Part shown: positions 53,449 through 64,000 of the stretch, piece after piece
Numbering within the stretch: the stretch's first letter is position 1
Layout of the letters: each line of letters starts with the position of its first letter
Origin: the human T2T-CHM13v2.0 reference genome, Homo sapiens
Assembly: GCF_009914755.1 (NCBI RefSeq)
Contig: NC_060926.1
Reading direction: 5' to 3' (one strand)
DNA: 64,000 nucleotides
Program-made: the position numbers and the translations under genes
The notes under the pieces: generated by a model
The model's input: only the letters and a program-made list of their open reading frames with translations
Databases searched by the model: none
What the model was told of the DNA's origin: nothing

Positions 53449-54859
53449 TGAATGCCTAATTTTTAAATGTCTTGCTAATCCATATGGTTTCATATCATTA
53501 GCTTATATCCAAATGTGCCACCTGCATCTGGGGGTGGGGTTATTACTAGAAGAGGTACATATAAATCCATATTTGATATAGACTTCTTGATCATTTCAAT
53601 GTTGTTTCTTGTCAGATCCAATTAGATTGTCATTATTTTTATCTCACAGTGGGGCTATGAAGAGTCCTTACTGTCAAGAACTTTGCTTTAATTTATCTGA
53701 CAACCTGTTGTCAGGCAGATTTCAAAATCTGGTTTTGTTACTTGCTAACTCCACAACTTTAGAGGACAATCATGACAGCACATTAGAAGTGAACAAGTGA
53801 GCAAAGGGCCCTTTCAACCCCTCTGTGCTGGCTCTACCCTGTCAACTCTCAGGAGACTGCCCATACAGTATGTGACATGTGACACATTAGTGAGGGCACT
53901 AATTCCACTAGTGATGGAATTTTATTCCATCCACGAATAAAATATTAGGAAGGCTAACTTATTTTTAGATTTAAAAAATGCATATAAGTAGAACATTTAA
54001 TATTTTCTTCTTACATCCTAATGAATCATCCCACATACTCCAGATTGAAGATGCCTTCTCTACTAAAATGTTTTATGTCCCAGGAAACAATTTATCAAAG
54101 TAGCATAGTTATCATTACAATCTATCATTTTAACCCTCTCATGACCCAATGTGCTTTCCTAAATAAGAGCGGATGGCCTGAAGTTAAAAGCTGGCACCTG
54201 GACTCCAGCTTAACTGGGCATGACCAGGGGAATGTCCCATGGGGGAGGGGAAAGCACATTGGGTAGTGACCACAAATAGTTGAGAACTTCTGGGCTAGAC
54301 AGAGAAACTAACACATAAACAAATGTAGTGAATGCTATCATAAAGATACATACAAGGGCCTGCATGAGACAGAATAAGGGAAAACTCAAGAAGCCTTCAG
54401 AGCAGTGGTGATAGGATAGTACCTTTGAGCCGAGTTTTAAAAGAAGGTTGGAATTTCAAGAAGAGGGAGAAAGCAGCCGGGGCACAGATTAGAGCATCTG
54501 CCTCGGCACAGAGCTATGGAGTGAATGGTGAAATGTTTGGGGAATGTCAAGATTTTCAGAGCTGATCAGAAGCAACGGGAGTGAAACTGGCTTCTATTAA
54601 CCTAGCATGTGCCTGCCTGCCGTTAACATTGTGCAGTGTTTCCATAAGAGACTTAGGGATGTTTTATTTCTTCGGTGAGAAATGGTATCTCCTTCTGTTA
54701 TCCTCCTTAGTACTTGCGTCTGGAAAATTGTGAAGAAACTTGAAAGCCATGTTAAAGAGTTGGACTTAGCCCAGGATGCATTTGACAGTATCTTGCAGGC
54801 AGGGGTGTGGCATGATTAGATATCTCCCACAGCATTGCTGAGGATATGGTGAAATACAG

Positions 54860-55085
54860 TCCAAGTTCCACTGACATCGAATCACCTGGAGAGCTTGTTA
54901 AAAACCCTGATTACTGGGCCCCATGCCAGAACTTCAGAATCTGGATTTTGTGGGGGTAGATATAGACAACAATTTGTATTTCAACAAACTCTCCAGCTAA
55001 ATTTTTTCCTACATTAATCTATCACTCAACTGCTTCCTCCCCCACCCAAAACGACTCAGGCAGACATTAAAATTTGAGAACATTA
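54860..55085. mobile_element. MER5-family fragment
   Basis: gaatcacctggagagcttgttaaaa...gattactgggcccc...tttgagaac. Confidence 0.65.
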
Positions 55086-55352
55086 AAATTGAGTTCAGGG
55101 TCCTCTGGGCTGGAAGGGCAGCCCCTCCAGGAGATGCACTCACCTTGCTCCCCCCAGCACCCTGCAAAGGAAACTTCCAGTGGGAACCTAAGCCAGGAAT
55201 AATGGCCAAGCTGTTGCCTGCCCCCGCCTCCTCCTATACACCTCATGTACTGGGGACAGGCCTATGGAGGACCCAAGGAGGACACATTCTCTGCTCCCTG
55301 GAACACAACATGTTTTCAGCCATCCAGACCCGACTTCAAATAGCACCTTCTC

Positions 55353-55497
55353 AGCAGGATGTGGTGGCTCACCTCTGTAATCCCAGCATTTAGAGAAGCC
55401 AAGGTGGAGGACTGCTTGAGGCCAGGAGCTCAAGACAAGCCTGGGCAACATTGTGAGACCCTCTCTCTACCAAAAATATGCATATACATGTACACAC
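55353..55497 (+). mobile_element. FLAM/Alu monomer
   Basis: Left-arm monomer; TSD AATAGCA(C/T)CTTCTC. Confidence 0.85.
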
Positions 55498-55516
55498 AAT
55501 AGCATCTTCTCCTTGA

Positions 55517-56535
<1,019 letters not shown>

Positions 56536-57524
56536 TCATATGAGATTTTCTTGTTTTGTGTGTCTTCCCTAAAACTGGGTGGGTAGGTTTTTTACTGCTG
56601 TTCTTACAGGGAAATGGTGCTATGTTTATGGACTGATTGATTGATCCCACCTTTACTTCTGGACCAATGTCCGAAACAAACTTAAATGCTTTGTTCCCTC
56701 TAAAATATTGTGGCTATAAACTAGCCAACCATGCCCACAAACAACTTTACACTTAGCTTTCCAAAGATCAAGTGATTTATGTGCGTTTTGTGCCTACAAA
56801 ATCTTAAAGGAAATAGAAAGAATTGCCAAATCTCTCACCAGGTAGCTTAACAGGAGATTTCCTTTGTTCCTTGCCTGGAACAATCACCAGAATCTTATTG
56901 ACATAAACTAAACATAGGCCCTTTTTGCCCTTTGCCAACTAAGGATATATTTCTAAGTCTTTTTTTCCAGTAACCACTTGAAAACAACCTAGTAGATCAG
57001 AAACCTGTTCAGCTTCCACCCTGGCAATGAATGTGGGTCTATTCATGTGACTCACACATAGTAGGTAGAAACTGAGGGAAGTGTGAAGGCTCTGAATGAG
57101 TGGAATGCACTGATGTCCTGAATGGACTAGGGCTTTGATCTCGGCATGGTGAGTCCCAGAGCCTTCCCAGATGGGGCGGGGCAGGGTATATACCTACAGC
57201 CAATGCAAGTTGGAGTTGAGAAGGTATAATACGTATAAGGCTAGAGAAAGTGGATCAAGCCACCTGCCAAGGAGCAACATGAGTGGGTAGGGGACCAGGA
57301 AAGGTGGCAGGAGTTAAGGAGATGAAGGACAGGACAGAGAGCCAGGGAGACCAAGAGGAAACACTTAGGGTTCAAGGGTGAAACCAGATCAGCACCATGA
57401 GAGGCATGTGAGTGAAGAAACCCTGAAGGGCCAGTCTGCTTTCCTTCCCAGTGAGATTATCTTCTTGGAGTTTCTGTCAAAACCCTCTCCTTTTTTACCA
57501 AGATGATGGCATATCAGGAGGGCC

Positions 57525-57702
57525 TAGAGTTTCCAGACAAAACATAGGACATTTAATTAAACTTGAATTTCAGATAAGCAACCATTTTTTAGTATAAGTT
57601 TGTCCTATGCAATATTTGGGACTTACTTATACTAAAAAATTGTTGTTTGTCTGAAATTGACATATAACTGGTCATCCTGTCACCCTAAATCTGCCAACCT
57701 TA
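57525..57702. mobile_element. MER53 palindromic MITE
   Basis: ttgaatttcagataagcaac...tagtataag...cttatactaaaaaa...ctgaaatt; 8-bp TSD GGAGGGCC/GGAGGGGC. Confidence 0.88.
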
Positions 57703-57760
57703 GGAGGGGCAGAGTTTCCTTATCGAAGAGTATGTTTGTCATGTTTGTCTGAGAATCTCA

Positions 57761-58285
<525 letters not shown>

Positions 58286-58589
58286 TCAAGTTACTTGCAG
58301 AGGGAAGTAGTAAGCCCAGGCTTAGACTCCGGGCAAAGTAAGTGGACTCCTTCTCAAAGAGAAGAGGGAGCCAGAAAAATGAGCAAAGTCAAACAGGACA
58401 GCCCAAGATCAAGAAGAGAAGGGTAGGTCCAGATTCAGCACAGCTTGGAGATTAGGTAGACAAGCTCCAGAACAAGCTTGCCTGTCCCCAGTACACTGTT
58501 TTCTGGCTGTGTAATCCTGGACAAGCTATTTGACCTTTCAGTTTCTCAGCTGTCAAATGGATATTTAAAAACAGAGCCTGTTTTGTACC

Positions 58590-59070
58590 CTAACTCTTGC
58601 ACATGTATCCCTATAGATTTGTTTTACCTTTTCTAAAATTTTCTGTAAATGGAATCAGAATAGGCACTCTTTGATGTTTGGCTTAACATTTTTGAGATTC
58701 ATCCACATTGTGAGTCTTTTTCATTGTGTTTTTTGGTTGCTGAGTAGTATTCCATTGTACAGATATACCTCAGTTTATTTCGTTCACCTATTGTTAGACA
58801 TTTTGGTAGTTTCCAGTGTTGGACTATTGTGAACAAAAATGCTATCAACATTGTACAGTCTTTGTGTTAGATACATGTTTCATTTCTATTAGGTACACAT
58901 CTATGAATAACATTGCTAAGTCATATGACAAGAATACATTTAACTCTAAGAGAAACTGCCACACTGTTTTACAGGGTGGTTGTGACATTTTGCATACCCA
59001 TCAACAGGGTATGAGGGTTCCAGTTCTCCCACATCCTCACCAACACTTGTTATAGTCTTTTTAATTTCAA
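58590..59070 (-). mobile_element. Old L1M fragment
   Basis: gctgagtagtattccattgta...gaaactgccacactgttttacagggtggttgt...tcccacatcctcaccaacactt. Confidence 0.8.
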
Positions 59071-59975
59071 GAGCACAGGATTAACAGTCAGACAGCCTTT
59101 AAATTCTAGTTCAGCCACTTGCTAACTCCATGACCATAGATAAGTCATCTGATCTTATTGAGTCCAGTTTCCTCATTTTTAAAATAACAATTTTCAAGCA
59201 AGGGAATTTTATGCAACAAGTAAAAATGAAAACTGTTCAATTAACATATCTAATTACATCCACATTATATGTATTCAGTACGTATTATATATATTCCACA
59301 TATATTCAGTTCATCTCCATTCCTTTTTCTGAAGTTCTAATATAAAAGCCTCATCAAGATGTTTTTGTATAAAAACTACCTGAAATAAAATGCAGGCTGA
59401 TGCTGCGGGGCTCACTGCAGTGTTGCCTAGCCTCAGATGGAGCCATTAGTTCTTCCTGCACACCTGTCCCCGGGTAGAAAGGAGAGGCACTTAACCTCCA
59501 GATCAAGGTTTTTACATTCACCTGGAACCTGGCCTCCAAGCACTGGAGAATAGGAAACTCATGCGACTTAGAGTCACAAGTAAATGTCTTAAACCTTCTG
59601 AGCACATATAAAATGGGGCTAATGATATCCCATAGGATTATTGTTGAAAAAAAAAATCAACATTTGACAAATTACAAGTGATTGTTTTTACTTCCACTAG
59701 AGAGAAAAAAACAATATACCCAGGTAGGGACCATCTTAAAACTAATCAAAGGGCAAATATATGTTCTTCTGAACTTTTGCAGCCCAGTTGCAGTGATGAG
59801 TTTTCATGAACACTGGCAGCTGAGGGGCCTTCATCCCAGCATCTCTGTTAGGCACAGGCAAGAGGAAACAGGCCAGCAGAGGCAAGGCCTAAGAGAGGCA
59901 GGAGGGATGTTCATCCCTGACAATTTTGATTCATTTGGTCTGAAGTGAGCCCCAGGAATCCACTTTTGTTAAACC

Positions 59976-60120
59976 AGGTCAGGTGTGGTGGCTCATGCCT
60001 GTAATCCCAGCACTTTAGGAGGCCGAGGCGGGCAGATTGCTTGAGCCTAGACATTGGAGACCAGCCTGGGTAATATGGTGAAACCCTGTATCTGTTATAA
60101 AAAATAAATAAATAAATAAA
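59976..60120 (+). mobile_element. FLAM/Alu monomer with (TAAA)n tail
   Basis: Left-arm monomer. Confidence 0.85.
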
Positions 60121-60346
60121 CTTTTTTAAAATAAAGTGTTTTAAACAATAAGGAAATTTAAAATAAAAAATAAAACCAAGCTTCCCAACCAATTCAGGTT
60201 TGGAAAGTATAGACCAGTAGTTCTCAACACGTGTTCCTTAAGCCACTAGCGTTAGCATCCGGCAGGAATTTATGCAAACCCTAAGGTTTCATCCTAGGCC
60301 TATTCAATCAGAAGAGAAATTCTCGGGCTGAGACCCAGCAATCTGG

Positions 60347-60650
60347 TTTTTTTGTTTGTTTGTTTGTTTGTTTTTGGAGGCAGAGTCTTGCTGTGTCACC
60401 CAGGCTGGCATGATCTCGGCTCACTTGCAACCTCCACCTCCCGAGTTCAAGTGATTCTCCTGCCTCAGCCTCCTGAGTAGCTGGAATTACAGGCCCAAGC
60501 CAGCACGTCCAGCTAATTTTTTGTATTTTTAGTAGAGAAGGGATCTCCCCATGTTGCCCAGGCTGGTCACGAACCCCTGAGCTCAGGCAATCCACCCACC
60601 TCTGCCTCTCAAAGTGCTAGGACTGCAGGCAGGAGCCACCATGCCCGGCC
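60347..60650 (-). mobile_element. Alu inserted in MER5A-like element (60215-60680)
   Basis: TSD CCAGCAATCTGG on both sides; host begins cagtagttctcaa. Confidence 0.88.
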
Positions 60651-60668
60651 CCAGCAATCTGGATTTTA

Positions 60669-61025
<357 letters not shown>

Positions 61026-62159
61026 CTAATTCTTAAAATCACAGTACTATTTTATTCAAGTGTCTAACCCAACCCCTTCCTCCAGGATAGTCATGGTAAG
61101 GGAAAAGGCCAGGGGTCAGGTACAGAAAGCAGATAGTGTTGCAGGTGTGACCACTGGCCCAGGAAAGGAAGGGTTGGACTGACTTTCCCAAACTGTGTTC
61201 CAGATGTTAATATGTGGACCAAGGTCAAAAAAGCTTGGAAAACCCTGCTTTCAATAGCTTTCCCTTGGAAACACACAGTGCATTTCTTTAAGATGCAGAG
61301 AAATGTTGTAATAAAGGAACCTGTTGAACTTCGCTGGGTCCAGTATTTCCCATCTTTATTGAGCACAGACCCTTCTTGACACAGAGCATCCTGCAGAGAT
61401 GCTCTGTTCTGCATTCTGCATTCTACGGAGACATTCTGTTCTGCAGGATGTCAGCTTGGGAAACACAGCCTACAAAAATCATCTGTCTGGAACTTCCCTG
61501 GGCTCTCACTGCCGTCCACTGACCGGCCTGCCTTCCTCCATGGACTCGGGCCAATGTAAACACTTAAACCTAGTTCTGTTTTGGACAGGAAGCCTAGAAA
61601 CAGCCTCTGCTCTATGCAAGGCTCAGTATCAGGCTCCACTCTTGGTATTCTTGGTCTCTTGCCTAGACTCCCTCTGGTTTTTTTGCCCAGTCTCTGTTTG
61701 TTGCCAGATATGAGTCCCTGACCATTTTTCCTGGAGAATTCTGAGCCTGGCTTCTTAAAACTCAGACTTTGGACCTGATCTGCTTCTTCCAGGCCTGCCG
61801 GTTGGCACACCTCTACCTGCTGCTCCCTCCATCTCTGGGTGTGACCTCTGATCTACTGGTTTCCAGTACCTGTGCCCCTCCCATCTAGAAACAGCCCTGC
61901 CCCTCCTGTGGGCATAATATCTCATCACTCCAATGCCAGCTCAGCTCTCTGCACACTTTGTTGGTTAATCTTCAGATGTTTTTCTAAAGAGTTGCATTTT
62001 TTTGATAATAAAATAAGCAATGACAAATTGCTAGTAATAAATCTGTCAGGGCTTGGGTGGAGTCTCTGCTGGATGGCAACACTGTGTCCAAGGCAGGCAT
62101 CAACTCCAATGTGTACAATGTGGTCAAAAGAATTGGAGGCAGACTATTTACATGCTGGT

Positions 62160-62310
62160 CCTAGACCTGTGACCTTTAACCTCTCTGAACCTCAGTTTTC
62201 CCATCTATAAAGTGAGAATACTACCTGTCCCTGGCTACCTTAAAAGGAGGCATTCGGAGGATTAAGATGAAATAAAGTATTATGGGCTTTTTGAAAGTGC
62301 ACATCACCAA
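62160..62310 (+). mobile_element. MIR
   Basis: tttaacctctctgaacctcagttttcccatctataaagtgagaata. Confidence 0.75.
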
Positions 62311-64000
62311 AACAAAGCAAGGTGCTTATTATCAGTGCTTTATGACTTTGTGTCTTTCTGTCCACATCACAGAGTCAGGATGGGGCCAGAGTGAGGCAGT
62401 TGTTGATTTATTTTGAGACATAAATCAATGTTTTTCAAAGGTTGACTCTACAAGTTTAAGCTATGAAGTGATGGTGACATCACTGGCCACACCCCCATCC
62501 ATTCCAGTGAGTTGAGTTTGTGTGAGTGAAGTGACCCATTCAGTGGCTGCTTCGGCACAGAAGCATGGCCATAAACCAGCCGGGGTTGACCACTGTGCCC
62601 AGGGAGGCTTGAGTTCCCTCTCTGGATGAGATCAGCACCGTGCCTAGGGCAGGAGGAGTCTTTCTCCAGCCCCCGACCAGAGTACAAGCTGAAGACCTGG
62701 TGACGAGACTGCGGAGGGAGGATGTGGCACCCCCTCAGCGTCAACACTCGGGGGAGCGAGTAACAGCATTTGCTCAGGAGTCAGAAGACTGATCTGAGCT
62801 GCAGCCCTGCCACTCACCAGCTGTGAGACCTCAGACGTAGGACTTAGTTTCTCGGGCCCTTATACTTCTTTCAAATGGTGATAATGGTGCCTACTTCATA
62901 GGCTGAAGTGACAGCAGTATTAAAACTGCCAAAGCACTGTATGAATGCAAGCTGGAGGTGGTGGAGCTGCAGAAGGGGTAGAGGCAGCAGTAGTAAAATG
63001 TAGGTGGAGATGGAGGTGTTGTTGATAGTTATGTATAACTAGGATTCCAGAAGAGAATAAGTGAGTCTGTCCCAAATCACCAGAATTAATATCCAAGCTA
63101 GACAAGAACCTTGGACCTCAAAGAGCCCAGAAGATGGCAAAGACCCCTAGCAAAATGATCATTGGCCTTCTATGCCCATGGGACTCTATTGCTCACCTCC
63201 CTGGAATTCAAGAAGGCTTTAATCACAACAAGTGCACAGTACAGGCTGCAGGAAAACCTCTTTACTATAGAAGTGTCCCAGGGCACCAGCAGAGGGAGGA
63301 GAGGAAAAGCTGGCTTTTTCTTTTTGTCTGGTGCTGGGTCACTGGACTACAGAGCTCAAGAGGCTACAGACAAGGCCGGGATCTAAACTTGAGTTCCAAC
63401 CTACAATCTTCCACTTTCTGGTGAAGCCACCTTCAGCCTTTCTAGCAGCTTCTCAAGTGAGGCCCATGAGGGACTTTAACAAGATCCTCAGGAGATTAAT
63501 ATGCACATTAAAATTTAAGAGGCACTGATATCAAGTGTTGTGTCTGTGCTTAAAGTCCCTCATTGGTCTCTGGTGTTCTTTTTTCCACAGTATTCAATTG
63601 AATATTCATTCCTGTTCATTCAACAGATACTTACTATGCACCTGCCTCATGCTAGACACTGCGGATATGGCAGTAAATAACACTGACAGTCTAGGTCCTC
63701 AAAGAGCTTATGGCAATGTTGTCAAAAGAAGTGAAAACCAAGATCATGGTCATAGCCCATCTGCTAGGGCAGATGCTTACCTGGCTGAACTCGGAGATGC
63801 CCAGAGCACTGGACATTCATCATGACACCTTCCCCTGAAGACACCTCGTTGAATAGCAGGGCACAGAAAGCTGTTTAGGTTACAGGTACTGGAATACAGT
63901 GACGGCACAGTACGCGGAGCTGAATTGCTGCAAGGAACATGGCTGTGCTTTGGTCAAGCACAGGCCGAGGTATACATCCAGAGTGACTCAGCGAGTTTAC

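Overview
Human/primate genomic DNA, rich in Alu, L1, L2, MIR and DNA-transposon fossils. The + strand carries the 3' part of PLB1 (phospholipase B1, a membrane-anchored SGNH/GDSL lipase with four tandem repeats). I reconstructed 23 consecutive coding exons by hand (507-42760). All have GT-AG introns and consistent phases. They total 1903 nt, i.e. 1 nt plus 633 codons plus stop, and cover the second half of repeat 3, all of repeat 4, the transmembrane helix and the cytoplasmic tail. A ~0.2 kb 3'UTR with AATAAA (42945-42950) follows. The remaining ~21 kb is repeat-rich intergenic DNA with no supportable gene. I see no prokaryotic-type or wholly new multi-gene system. The most notable observations are: (i) a ~100-bp templated insertion copied from an L2 1.5 kb away into an L1 fragment, itself part of a nested MER5/L1/Alu stack with recoverable TSDs; (ii) an intact SGNH catalytic set in repeat 4 versus an Asn->Ser oxyanion change in repeat 3; (iii) a 14-exon periodic exon-size/phase code between repeats; (iv) a MER53 hairpin carrying a miR-1302-like sequence; (v) candidate Alu-driven poison-exon and TM-less isoforms. 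Repeat subfamily names are from recalled consensus sequences and need RepeatMasker/Dfam confirmation.
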